Positions 1 through 9,489 of a stretch of 64,000 nucleotides of DNA are shown one piece after another. Source of the stretch: a virus; IMG/VR virus record IMGVR_UViG_3300006175_000011, positions 3,017 to 67,016 of that record. The stretch is one strand, 5' to 3'. The notes under the pieces were generated by a model. It did no database searches. It had not been told where the DNA came from and saw only the letters and a program-made list of their open reading frames with translations. A program made the position numbers and the translations under genes. Within the stretch, counting starts at the first letter, position 1; the number at the start of each line of letters is the position of its first letter.

Positions 1-2473
1 GTGACCATGCCCCGATCTTAGCTTCGGCTTCAATCGGTACACTCAATTCAATCTCAAAGTCTTCGAGTAACGAGGGATGACTCATGATCTCCAATCCTCG
101 TTTATACACATACTCGACCATATCGTTGCGAACCTCGATCAGCACAGCGTCATGAACTGTGCCGACAAGCCTGAACCAATTCCTGCTGAACTCCTCACGC
201 ATCTGAAGGGCGGCCATCAAGTTCAACTCATTGGCGAATGACTGTACTGGGCTGTTAATCGCTTGCCGTTGAGCTTCTCTGCGTTCAGGAGTGTCACGAC
301 CCCCTTGTGCAGCCGGTAGTCTACGTTTTCTACCAGACAGGCTCCGGACGTATCCATTAATCTGGGCAAACCTACGTTGCTTATCGTGCCATTTAGGAAA
401 GGCAGGATAGAGCTCGAAGAAAGCTTCTCGAGACGCCTGTGCTTCATCATCGCTAACGTCCACTCCGTAGTTGTCGCGGGCATACATCTTGAACTTCTTC
501 CACCACATGCCGTAGAGGTAGCCGAAGTTGATTGCCTTTGCTTTCTTGCGGGTTTCACCCCAGTTGATGAAGGCTTCTTTGAGATCCTGAGTCTCCTTCC
601 ACTCGTCAACAACTCGCTTGGCTTCATCACCGCCGATGCCAAGGATATACTCGATGGCATCACTGTAATTCATTTTCTCGCCGCTGTGCAACTTAGCGGT
701 TTTGATTACTTCCTTTCGATAGGCGGCACCACGTTCAATTTCGCGAATTGCAGTTTGCCAATGAGGGTCGCCCCCTTCATTGAAGACTCGCAACAGATTG
801 TGCTCATCAGCGAGCTCAGCGGCAATCCGGAGCTCGATCTGCGAGAGATCCATCTCGATGAGGGTCCAACCGAGCGCCGCCGATATAAGAGATCTGATGC
901 GAGGATCGCGAGGAACTTGCTGGAGGTTTGGATGCTCACAGGAAAGTCGGCCTGTAACAGTTCCATGAAGTTTGAAGACCGGATGCAGTCTTCCGGCAAC
1001 GTCAATGTAAGGTCTCCAACCTTCAATGAAAGCAGAGAGTTGTTTCTGAGCTGCTCTAACTCGGAGAAGGTCACCGACCATGGGATGGTCAATTCGAAGT
1101 AAGACGCTTTCACTAACACTGTTCTTGCCTCCCTTCGTTTTATCGACGGGCTTGATCTTTAGGACGTTAAAGAGCAGGTCGCCTAGCTGATCGGCGCTGC
1201 CCCAGTTAATCTTCCCAGTCTTCTTATCGACCAGCTTTGCTTTACCGGCCCACTTCTCCAGTTTACCCAACGCGTCGGCGAGCTCTTCCCGAAGGTATGC
1301 TTCAGCCTCATCCATCTTATCCAGATGAATGAATACGCCTTGGTACTCAGCCTCAATGAACAGCTTGATACAGGGAACCATGATGAGATCATGGACTCGC
1401 TTGACATCGTGGTCTTCATCGAGACCGTCCTTCAACGGCTTACGCAAAGCACGAGTGTAATAGACGTCGTGCGCCGCGTATTTAGCGTTCTTCGGAGACC
1501 ACTCAGTTTTGTCCTTACCCCCGATATCCCAGTCCGCCGCGCCCAGCATCATCTGTGCAAGATACTTCAGGCCGTGAAAATCATTCTCGTCGAGCAGGAA
1601 GTGCGCGAGCATCGTGTCGAATGCCACAGTCCACTTGACACCAAACCTGACAAGCATCCACAGGCAATCGAACTTGCCATTGTGGAAAATCATCTTGCAG
1701 TATTTGCGGATACGGATCGTCGTTAGGCGAACGATCTCTTTCAAATCCTTCGGCGACCAGATCCCCGCAGTCTCCATGGGAACAACCCATTGTCGCTTCT
1801 TGCAGCCGAACTGCATGGCGACGACGCGCGGTAGGTTATTCGATCCGTGAGTGCCCTTGTGCTGTGCGAGCAGTTCCTTCGAAGCACGACCTGACTCGAT
1901 CAACTCATCCTGCATCGTGGTAAACGGATAGAGTCGCGAGGTTTCAAGGTCGGCGGATACCCAACCCGACAGGTCCTTGAGCATCGCTTTCACCTTGGGC
2001 CAGGTGTCTACGATGTGATAGTCTAGTTCACGTTCTTCGGGAATACCCCCGAAGTCAACGCATTCCCTTAGTCTCTGTATATCGCCCTGGATGACATCGA
2101 TCCATTTCTCGTCATGGAGAGCGATGTTCGGGTGTAGAAGCGGGAGTACGACTCTTTTATCTCTTTCGATCGGCTTTCCTCGTAGCTTTGTGATGCCTTG
2201 TTGGTCGAGGAAAGCTTGGCAAGGAGTGTTCCCAAGTAGGACGACATATTTAGGATCCTTCTTTTCGAGCCGTTGCATGAATGCCGACTTGGCATTCTTA
2301 ATCATGGTCTTGGTTACATTCTTGCCTTCGGCCGGTGCATTCTCCAGAACGTTTGTCCACCGAAAGTCTGACTCTTCGAAGCCACACTTAAGCATGGCCT
2401 CCATGAGTATCTTCTTGGCGCGGGGATTGATCTCGTCGTGTTCGCCTACGACAGTGATTTGCTTTCGGCTCAC
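1..2473 (-). CDS. polA: Family A DNA polymerase with N-terminal degenerate uracil-DNA-glycosylase-like domain and 3'-5' exonuclease; runs off the window edge, so it is absent from the ORF track
   Basis: Manual translation from GTG at 2473 (GTGA overlap with the deaminase stop): MSRKQITVVGE..WTNV..YVVLLGN..GITKLRG..LLHP (UDG-like), ADLET (ExoI), FHNGKFD (ExoII), MDLSQIELR (motif A), RKKAKAINFGYLYG (motif B), TVHDAV (motif C). Frame spot-checked at four points. Confidence 0.93.
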   Translation of the reverse strand, partial: MSRKQITVVGEHDEINPRAKKILMEAMLKCGFEESDFRWTNVLENAPAEGKNVTKTMIKNAKSAFMQRLEKKDPKYVVLLGNTPCQAFLDQQGITKLRGKPIERDKRVVLPLLHPNIALHDEKWIDVIQGDIQRLRECVDFGGIPEERELDYHIVDTWPKVKAMLKDLSGWVSADLETSRLYPFTTMQDELIESGRASKELLAQHKGTHGSNNLPRVVAMQFGCKKRQWVVPMETAGIWSPKDLKEIVRLTTIRIRKYCKMIFHNGKFDCLWMLVRFGVKWTVAFDTMLAHFLLDENDFHGLKYLAQMMLGAADWDIGGKDKTEWSPKNAKYAAHDVYYTRALRKPLKDGLDEDHDVKRVHDLIMVPCIKLFIEAEYQGVFIHLDKMDEAEAYLREELADALGKLEKWAGKAKLVDKKTGKINWGSADQLGDLLFNVLKIKPVDKTKGGKNSVSESVLLRIDHPMVGDLLRVRAAQKQLSAFIEGWRPYIDVAGRLHPVFKLHGTVTGRLSCEHPNLQQVPRDPRIRSLISAALGWTLIEMDLSQIELRIAAELADEHNLLRVFNEGGDPHWQTAIREIERGAAYRKEVIKTAKLHSGEKMNYSDAIEYILGIGGDEAKRVVDEWKETQDLKEAFINWGETRKKAKAINFGYLYGMWWKKFKMYARDNYGVDVSDDEAQASREAFFELYPAFPKWHDKQRRFAQINGYVRSLSGRKRRLPAAQGGRDTPERREAQRQAINSPVQSFANELNLMAALQMREEFSRNWFRLVGTVHDAVLIEVRNDMVEYVYKRGLEIMSHPSLLEDFEIELSVPIEAEAKIGAWS

Positions 2474-2961
2474 GGTAGTTCTATGACCTCATGCGAGAAA
2501 TACTCAACAATATAGCCCGCTGGGGTGATAATGTAAACGCCTATATTCTTGTCCTGGAGTTTTTCGAGATGGCCATTGACTCGATAGAGTTTCTCGAAGA
2601 ACACCCGATCGATCAGGCCACAGGAGATGATCCGGTCGACGCACTCCTCGCAAGGACTGTCAGTGCAGTAGAGGTCGAACGCACTTTTCTTGGGGTGGTT
2701 CGGCTTGAATACCTCGAGCAATGCATCGATGGCATTAGCCTCAGCGTGTAACGTCCCGCAGTTGCCCGGCACAATACCAGGACAGTGATTGCCGGCGCAG
2801 TGAGGTAGACCGGCCGCTGCTCCATTCCAGCCGATACTGACAGGCACCTTGCGATTGCGCGTTATGATAGCGCCGACGTTCAAACGATGACAGGTGGAGC
2901 GTTTAGCCGCCACCTTCGTCATCTCCATGAACATAACTTCTCGCGATATCCTACCCATCAC
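2470..2961 (-). CDS. dCMP deaminase
   Basis: RSTC..VGA, GWNG, HAEANA and SPCEEC zinc-binding deaminase motifs. Confidence 0.9.
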   Translation of the reverse strand: MMGRISREVMFMEMTKVAAKRSTCHRLNVGAIITRNRKVPVSIGWNGAAAGLPHCAGNHCPGIVPGNCGTLHAEANAIDALLEVFKPNHPKKSAFDLYCTDSPCEECVDRIISCGLIDRVFFEKLYRVNGHLEKLQDKNIGVYIITPAGYIVEYFSHEVIELP

Positions 2962-3827
2962 TGCTTCCCGAACAGCATTATGAAGTCATTGCGGAAAATA
3001 TGAAGACTGCCGATCTGCATAAGAAATTTCCCGGGTCGAATGTCGTCCCACCGCGCGTCGAGAGAACGGAGTCGATCAAGGACCCAGAGAAGTAGCCGGG
3101 CGGTAAGGTACAGGTCATCACGGAAATGCCGCACGAAGTCGCAACTTCGGATATGGTAATTGATGTCAAGTCTTCCGTCGCGCATAAGAAAGTGGTATCC
3201 AATAGTACACGGCGCACGCTTCGAACCACCCCCCGTATCCTCGGGAAACCATACCGGAAGATAGGCCTGACGGGTAAGGGGATCCGCGGATAGTAGGGAT
3301 ACCACGTCATTGAGGTCACCGTACTCATAGAGGATGCCCTTGTGAGGGGTGTCGGTATCCAGGTCTGTGAGTCTGATCCCATAATCATCGGCGGTCCCAG
3401 TGGGTTCGGTAACGTGCCCGGCATACTTCGGCCAATATCGTTCCATATAGTTATGATTGAATTTGCCTCGTTCATCCAAGAACGTAGCGGCACTTTTTCC
3501 GTACGGCCAGTTCTGCCACTCTTTTCCGGGATTGATCGGGAACCCACAGACTCTCTCCTCGAAATGGTCGTCAGCCCAAGGCAGGTTGGGTTTGATATCG
3601 TCCTGCAGCGTACCAAGCGTTCCGCCGATTGCTGTGCTGGGAACCATCATCTCATCCATACTCACCCCGAAAGAGACGTGAGCGACTTCGTGCGTAGCCA
3701 TCTCGGGACGAGCACTGATATCGGATCCTTGCCACTTGTCAGTGTGTACGATCTTGCTTCGATATTGAAGCAGATGCGAGGCCTGCGTAATGGCCTGATT
3801 GAAAGTGTCGAACAATACGGGCTTCAT
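2958..3827 (-). CDS. Thymidylate synthase-fold pyrimidine-modifying enzyme (dCMP hydroxymethylase-like)
   Basis: DPLTRQA, catalytic PC, RSCD motif, GSLHIF. Asp occupies the position equivalent to E. coli ThyA N177. Confidence 0.85.
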   Translation of the reverse strand: MKPVLFDTFNQAITQASHLLQYRSKIVHTDKWQGSDISARPEMATHEVAHVSFGVSMDEMMVPSTAIGGTLGTLQDDIKPNLPWADDHFEERVCGFPINPGKEWQNWPYGKSAATFLDERGKFNHNYMERYWPKYAGHVTEPTGTADDYGIRLTDLDTDTPHKGILYEYGDLNDVVSLLSADPLTRQAYLPVWFPEDTGGGSKRAPCTIGYHFLMRDGRLDINYHIRSCDFVRHFRDDLYLTARLLLWVLDRLRSLDARWDDIRPGKFLMQIGSLHIFRNDFIMLFGKQ

Positions 3828-4657
3828 TCTTCGTCCTCCTCGGGTTCTTGATAATCGTTGCGATGACCGGGGTGGTTATCGCGAAGGTATTTGGTCAATT
3901 TCTTTCGAAGCCTTCCTTTGATGCGGTTGTCGGCGTCCATCTTCACTCGAAGCGCCTGTGCGAACTTGGCGATCCCGCGGTAGTGTTCTTCGCATAGGTA
4001 TCTTGCCGTCCACTTAATTATCCACTCGTAGAAATACTTATCCCTTACCTTGATCGCCTCAAGCTCAGCGATAGGGTCAGCCATGTGAGGGATGGCGGTA
4101 ACAAAATACTGAGGATGCACAGTGATGTTGGCAAAGTGGCAGGTAAGCCCCAGAAAATCCATACCAGAAAAATCAAAGTCCCTGAGCAAGACATCCCGAA
4201 TAAAAACCAAGTCAGCAGGAAACTTCTTAAGAAGTTCCGTTGTTCGGTAGAATACGTCAATGAAGTACGCACCGTTCTTTCCTCCTTTGACCTGAGTGAT
4301 TACCACCGACTGCAAGCAAGGCCCCATTACTGAGGCCCGCTTCGACTTCTTGATAGCATCATTCTTGACGAAGTGGTTGTAGCAGGTGAAGCCCACAGAT
4401 CCGTAGGACGTCTTTGACCTACGAAGTTTCCAGAGTGTCAACGCGGCTTCGATGCTTTCCTCATGGACATAAAGTCTTTTGAGGTGAGACATCTTTGCGC
4501 CAGTATAACCGGCATCCTCAAGGATGAGTGGATCTTTATGATCCCATAGGTCATCAAATCGTATGGATTTCCCCCGAATAATTTTGCGACAACCTGAATA
4601 GAAGTCAGCCTTACGACGTGACAACTTCAAGACCTCTTTGATCCACTCATCCTTCAT
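3824..4657 (-). CDS. Divergent second thymidylate synthase-fold protein
   Basis: GPCLQSV then FYRTTELLKKFPAD, which parallels the TS PC...RSxD......N/D pattern; adjacent to the TS homologue. Confidence 0.55.
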   Translation of the reverse strand: MKDEWIKEVLKLSRRKADFYSGCRKIIRGKSIRFDDLWDHKDPLILEDAGYTGAKMSHLKRLYVHEESIEAALTLWKLRRSKTSYGSVGFTCYNHFVKNDAIKKSKRASVMGPCLQSVVITQVKGGKNGAYFIDVFYRTTELLKKFPADLVFIRDVLLRDFDFSGMDFLGLTCHFANITVHPQYFVTAIPHMADPIAELEAIKVRDKYFYEWIIKWTARYLCEEHYRGIAKFAQALRVKMDADNRIKGRLRKKLTKYLRDNHPGHRNDYQEPEEDEE

Positions 4658-4658
4658 G

Positions 4659-5603
4659 TTATGCGTTTAATCCATCACCGATATAACCGGTATCAATGAT
4701 CTTACCCGAGTTGTCGGCCAGGTGCTGCGTAGCCTCGGGATGAAAGATCTCATCGAAGATCGCGTTATCTTGAACGAGGTCGCGATGATCCGGTGCTTGC
4801 CAACCGGCGGGCTTCCGAATGTCATACTTGACTTCACGGCCGCTATCCTGTGCGCCTGAGTCGTCAACAGCTCGAACCTTCGCCATGTTAGCCGTGACGA
4901 CCCGTCGCCAAGCCTCGTAGAAAGCTCTACGACCGAACTGCAAATCCGCGGTGCCCAGTATCACCCAGGCAGCATCGGCAAGAGCATCGAGTTGAAGCTC
5001 GAGGATATTGATGATATCTCGACGATCCTTGCGCTCAATGGCGTCGAGCAATTTCGGGTACTCATCCCGGTATTCGCCGGTCTCCTCGTCGTGGAACTTG
5101 ACGCGGAAATCATGGAGGTCGGCCGGTAACATGCGGGGCTTACCAAGATATTCCTGACCGAACTTGGCATGGAATGCCGAGACATCGCCGATGAAGTCCG
5201 GGAAGTCATGATCCCGAATGTGGAGGCCTCGAGTCACGGCTTCGGCCTGTGCCTTGAGAACAGTCTTGATCCAGCTCGTTTCTCCGATGGTCAATCGGCT
5301 ATTCTGGAGCGGCCCCGCACTGACGAGCATATAACGAACGTCGCCGGCGTCCCCGTGTTGGAAATTAAAGGCAGCAACGACTTCATCATCCTTGTCGGTC
5401 AAGGTAACCGAGGAGTTTTCGATACCTTGTGGCGTGAAGCGTTGACCCCATCGCTCAAGACTGGTCCAGAACATCATGCCTTCATCGTTTCGGTAAGCAA
5501 CACCGGGTACCCATTCTCCGTCGAACTCACTCTTGCCAAGCTGTTCGCCGATGTAGTGATAGAAGCCGCCATCCACATGGCGATGCGTCGGTAGAAACGT
5601 CAT
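4659..5603 (-). CDS. MazG/PRA-PH-like dNTP pyrophosphohydrolase with N-terminal DUF1653-like domain
   Basis: EETGEY..LDALAD..ANMAK..KPAGW.APD; N-terminal HRHVDGGFY..VAY..RF. Confidence 0.75.
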   Translation of the reverse strand: MTFLPTHRHVDGGFYHYIGEQLGKSEFDGEWVPGVAYRNDEGMMFWTSLERWGQRFTPQGIENSSVTLTDKDDEVVAAFNFQHGDAGDVRYMLVSAGPLQNSRLTIGETSWIKTVLKAQAEAVTRGLHIRDHDFPDFIGDVSAFHAKFGQEYLGKPRMLPADLHDFRVKFHDEETGEYRDEYPKLLDAIERKDRRDIINILELQLDALADAAWVILGTADLQFGRRAFYEAWRRVVTANMAKVRAVDDSGAQDSGREVKYDIRKPAGWQAPDHRDLVQDNAIFDEIFHPEATQHLADNSGKIIDTGYIGDGLNA

Positions 5604-5613
5604 CGATCTTTCC

Positions 5614-6105
5614 TTATGCTTGAGTGTATTGTTGATAGAAGTAGACGGTCGCGATTAGCTGATCCATGTCGTCGCCGATACGATAGCAGAAGTGGGCATA
5701 CTGTGCAGCCCACAGGCGATACTCCTGCAACAGGTTGTTATACTTCTCGTTGACCATCTTCATGTGGTCAGCGGTATCATGATCTTTCTCGACATGACCG
5801 TCGAGACCTCGTTGCTGCGCATCGCAGTAGATCAGGATGGGTTTGGCCTCATAGAAGATCATCTGACGACCAGGTGTAATAGGATCACCCTCGAGACGAA
5901 ACTTACCATATATCGCATTCGATACCACAGGATGCCTGACGAAGATCGTTCGTTCCATGTTTGCGTACCCGTCCACGCGAGCATTTATTTCGTCGTCCGA
6001 CCGCGGTGGCCCTTCACTTTCTTGCACACGCATGGTCATATACTCGCCGAACGCTCGGGCCAGCGTCGACTTGCCGGAGTTGTCCATACCTTCAATTACA
6101 ATCAT
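5614..6105 (-). CDS. P-loop deoxynucleoside monophosphate kinase (thymidylate kinase-like)
   Basis: IVIEGMDNSGKSTLA Walker A; RHP..S..IY motif. Confidence 0.8.
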   Translation of the reverse strand: MIVIEGMDNSGKSTLARAFGEYMTMRVQESEGPPRSDDEINARVDGYANMERTIFVRHPVVSNAIYGKFRLEGDPITPGRQMIFYEAKPILIYCDAQQRGLDGHVEKDHDTADHMKMVNEKYNNLLQEYRLWAAQYAHFCYRIGDDMDQLIATVYFYQQYTQA

Positions 6106-6134
6106 CGTAGAGTGCCCCTGTTTTACGATTGGCG

Positions 6135-6185
6135 TTGACCGTTAAATGTTTTGACAATATAATCCGGGACTCACGCCGCTGTCAA
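6135..6185. promoter_or_regulatory. Overlapping divergent sigma70-type promoters between the nucleotide operon and the primase operon
   Basis: Plus strand: TTGACC(6135)-17-TATAAT(6158). Minus strand: TTGACA(6185) with TATATT downstream. Confidence 0.7.
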
Positions 6186-6196
6186 CCGGGGTAAAA

Positions 6197-6394
6197 ATGG
6201 GCAGTCTCAAAGATTTCTATAGCGTTAAAGCAGCGGCGGAGATAATAGGCATAGAGTATATGGCCTTGCATCAACGCATTCATCGAGGAACGGTGGAAGT
6301 GGAACGACCGGGAGATAATATCGTTCTCATCAAAAGAGAGGAAGTACATAGGCTCAAAGAAATCGAACGTCTCAAGAAGGAGACGTCCGAGTGA
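6197..6394 (+). CDS. Small excisionase/MerR-like HTH DNA-binding protein
   Basis: YSVKAAAEIIGI....HQRI.RG pattern. Confidence 0.7.
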   Translation: MGSLKDFYSVKAAAEIIGIEYMALHQRIHRGTVEVERPGDNIVLIKREEVHRLKEIERLKKETSE

Positions 6395-8319
6395 GCGTCA
6401 TTACACAGATCTGGAAAAATCAACCAGGCAAGTTCTTCTGCATCTCAACAAAATCCGCGGGGGCTAAATGGAAAGATAATTTCTTTTCTCCCGAGGAGTT
6501 CGGTGAGATCAAGGCTTTCCTCAAGGATAATAGCGACAAGGACATATACTTCTGCCCGCACGGATTTAATCGCCGGTCTCGGTCAAAGACTGAAGCGGTA
6601 ATACCCAACCTACTGTGGGCTGACCTCGACTTCTCCGATCCCCGGGACAGGCGATTGTTCAAAGGACTCAAGCCAACCTACGCTTTCGAGTCATCGCCGG
6701 GCAGGTTCGTCGGCCTGTGGGAATTAAAGGAACCGATGACCGAGTCGTTAAACCGTCGACTCACCTATCACCTTGAGGCTGACCATGGGGGGTGGGACCT
6801 CACACAGGTCCTTCGCTTTCCCGGTACCCGAAACTTCAAATATAAAACTCAACCTGTTGTCCGAGTCCTGTGGGATGACGGGGCTAAGTACTCGATCAAA
6901 CGTATCGAAGCAATCGTTCCTCAAGAGGATGAGGATGACACCGAGGGGGGTGAAGATCTCTCACCCTCCGAAGTATTCGAAGAGTACCAGGGAAAGATGC
7001 CGCGTTGGCTTCGTCGTGAACTCATGGCGAAGAAAACTCACGGTCGTGCTGATCGCAGCGAGATGCTTTGGAAGCTTGAGAATGCCTGCATCGAATGCGG
7101 CATGTCGCTTGACGAGGCTTTTGCTGTCATCAAGAACAGCGTATGGAATAAGTTCGCGGGTCGTCGCAATGAAGACACGCAGCTCCGCCGGGAGCTTAAC
7201 AAGATCGTACAAGAAAACTTCAAGCAGAAACCTAAAGGCGCCAACAAACGCCATATGAAATCCGATGAAGAAGAGTCTCGTGAAGAGAAGACTCAAAACA
7301 ATTTCATCAAATTCGAGTCGATGGACGACGTCCAACAAGAAAAGCTAGACTTCCTGTGGAAACCATACCTTGCACGGGGTGAGGTGTCAATCCTCGAAGG
7401 TGATCCGGGATTAGGTAAATCTTATCTTGCACAGATGGTTGCCGGTAGCATTGCGACGGGTCGTAGGATCCCGTCCCCTTATAAGGGTCAACCGAGGGTG
7501 ACAGGCCCTATCGTTTACTTCGACATGGAGAACTCCGCCGGTACTGTAACAAAGCCCCGGCTCAGTCAAAACGGGTTCACTGACTTTGCTGGTCGTTACA
7601 ACGTCGTGCAGCAACCTTTCAGCATCGATGATGATGAAGCATTGGATTATATCTATGAAGAGCTTGAAGCTATCCAGCCGAGCCTTGTTGTCTTCGACAC
7701 ACTTAACACATACATCGGACGGGCAGATACTCATAAGGCTTCCGAGGTTGCCCAAGCCTTCGGCATGTTCATGCAGATCGCCAAAGACTTCAACTGTTCG
7801 GTACTTGTATTGCGACATCTTACGAAAGGGTCAGGTCCAGCGATATATCGTGGGCAAGGATCCGTGTCTTTCGGTGGATTGGCCCGAGTAGTTATGGTTG
7901 TGGGTGTTGATCCTGAAGATACTGACACCCGCGCTGTAGCAATCGTGAAGATGAACTTCGCTAAGCCACCACAGGCGATGACGTTCCGCATTGAAGAACG
8001 ACCGAAAGGAGCATCTGAGTTTGTCTGGGGAGACTATGTTAATCTATCTGCTCAAGAAATTCTCGATGCTTCGGCACAGGCTCGTCAAGAAGGTAAGCAA
8101 GGACAGGGTATCCAGGATGCGATGGAGTTCCTGGAGTCGACAATCACTGATGCAGCTGTAGAGCTGGAGAAACTGTATAGGATGGGTGAGAAGCGAAGCA
8201 TATCTAAGAAGATGCTTGATCGTGCTGCTTCTAAGATGAACGTCGAGAAAAAAGTCAAAGGACGCAAAGAAAACCGCGTCGAGAAGTGGATCATCAACAG
8301 CAAAGCAGCCAAAGAATAA
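6391..8319 (+). CDS. Primase-helicase (RepB-like primase plus AAA_25/RecA-family ATPase, C-terminal wHTH)
   Basis: LWADLD, ESSPGR, LRFPGTRNFK; GDPGLGKS Walker A; LVVFDT Walker B; RHLTK. Confidence 0.85.
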   Translation: MSVITQIWKNQPGKFFCISTKSAGAKWKDNFFSPEEFGEIKAFLKDNSDKDIYFCPHGFNRRSRSKTEAVIPNLLWADLDFSDPRDRRLFKGLKPTYAFESSPGRFVGLWELKEPMTESLNRRLTYHLEADHGGWDLTQVLRFPGTRNFKYKTQPVVRVLWDDGAKYSIKRIEAIVPQEDEDDTEGGEDLSPSEVFEEYQGKMPRWLRRELMAKKTHGRADRSEMLWKLENACIECGMSLDEAFAVIKNSVWNKFAGRRNEDTQLRRELNKIVQENFKQKPKGANKRHMKSDEEESREEKTQNNFIKFESMDDVQQEKLDFLWKPYLARGEVSILEGDPGLGKSYLAQMVAGSIATGRRIPSPYKGQPRVTGPIVYFDMENSAGTVTKPRLSQNGFTDFAGRYNVVQQPFSIDDDEALDYIYEELEAIQPSLVVFDTLNTYIGRADTHKASEVAQAFGMFMQIAKDFNCSVLVLRHLTKGSGPAIYRGQGSVSFGGLARVVMVVGVDPEDTDTRAVAIVKMNFAKPPQAMTFRIEERPKGASEFVWGDYVNLSAQEILDASAQARQEGKQGQGIQDAMEFLESTITDAAVELEKLYRMGEKRSISKKMLDRAASKMNVEKKVKGRKENRVEKWIINSKAAKE

Positions 8320-8625
8320 GGCCGCCCCGCGTAATTGCGAAGCGACCTCGGTTCAGAACTGGGATAACACGCGAGGATCAATAGCTACGGCCAAGTCATT
8401 GGAACGACGCTCCCTAGTTAATCATGCCTGATGCGGAATTGCAATCGGGCAGCGCCGGCGCCGCGGCCGACCAGGCTGATCGAGATATAAAAATCAAGTA
8501 CCGTCATCTGACGGCCGGTAGCCGAATGGCTAGCCACGATAGTGAGAGTGCATTGGAGTTTCTCCTTCACGTTGTCGATTAACGTTCGACACCTTTATAA
8601 TCGCGCATCGCGTGCTACCTGTCAA
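8319..8625 (-). ncRNA. Candidate structured antisense RNA with two minigenes
   Basis: TTGACA(8625)-17-GATTAT promoter, consecutive hairpins, SD-led mini-ORFs MHSHYRG (8553-8530) and MTWP (8399-8385), two GC-AATTNC-GC hairpins. Confidence 0.45.
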
Positions 8626-8670
8626 CTTCATTATTCTTGACTTTTATTTCCGTAGAGTGGCATATGGAAG

Positions 8671-8721
8671 TTGACACCATCAGTGGCAAGTGGTAACGTC
8701 GATTTGCGTCATCAATGACGT
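8671..8721 (+). promoter_or_regulatory. Early promoter with variant leader hairpin
   Basis: TTGACA-17-TAACGT then GCGTCAT-CA-ATGACGT. Confidence 0.6.
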
Positions 8722-8742
8722 GTCTCAGACTGGAGAAAATCA

Positions 8743-9489
8743 ATGGCGAATGACCTCGCGAAGCTTAATAGGCTTCGTGTCAACGCCGGGAAACCGGAAC
8801 TCAAATCTTGGAAGGCATCCCAAGCGAAGCTCGATGCCGCGGTGAAGGTTTTGACCGACGCCGGCCACCTCGATGTCTTACCGGGGGCTAACACCGAAGC
8901 GAAAGCCGAGACGCCCGATCCCGTTGTTGCTGCAGCTCGACAGGAACCCGATGCACCGCCGTCCCTATCCGAAAGCGCGCTGTCCAAGAACATCTCAACA
9001 CCGGCCAAACCCGAGGAAAAGGCGACTACTCACGTCAAGGCTCATCTCGCACGTGGCCTCGACACCGACGGGTATGCTCGGCATTCTCGTGAACGGGTCC
9101 GCGACCTGCGCGAGGCCGAGAAGAGGGCGAAGAAAAAAGTCAAGCTGTCCGACGAGGACAAGAAGCAGATCAAAGATGAAGCCGAAGCTCGCGGCAAGGT
9201 CGATCCCAAGAAGGATCCTGTAAAGGCCGCTCGTCAGCAAAAGCATATCGCTGACAAGAAAGCTGCGCGTCAGGCCACCGGCAAGACGACAGCCAAGCAG
9301 GTCAATGCCAACGAGACTACTGTGGCGGATATCGCCCGTGACCTCGGCATCGACCCCAAGGTCGCCCGCGCCAAGCTTCGTCGCCACGAGGACAAGCTGA
9401 CCAAGCTTCACACCAAGGGTCAGGATCGCTGGACATTTCCGAAGACCGCGGCTTCGGACATCAAGAAAATTCTGCAGGGAGCAAAGTAA
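8743..9489 (+). CDS. Lys-rich protein with C-terminal HTH-like domain (paralogue family)
   Basis: TVADIARDLGIDPKVARAKLRR...RWTF; GGAG SD. Confidence 0.7.
   Translation: MANDLAKLNRLRVNAGKPELKSWKASQAKLDAAVKVLTDAGHLDVLPGANTEAKAETPDPVVAAARQEPDAPPSLSESALSKNISTPAKPEEKATTHVKAHLARGLDTDGYARHSRERVRDLREAEKRAKKKVKLSDEDKKQIKDEAEARGKVDPKKDPVKAARQQKHIADKKAARQATGKTTAKQVNANETTVADIARDLGIDPKVARAKLRRHEDKLTKLHTKGQDRWTFPKTAASDIKKILQGAK

Noticed and set aside
223-2486. Many short ORFs on both strands in the track, suggesting a fragmented or intron-split polymerase
   Set aside because: Spot-checked motifs from the N-terminus to the C-terminus all fall in one minus frame. The gene is missing from the track only because its stop lies outside the window
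2958-3827. Plain thyA annotation
   Set aside because: Asp at the specificity position and the presence of ThyX argue against an ordinary dTMP synthase, so no gene symbol was assigned
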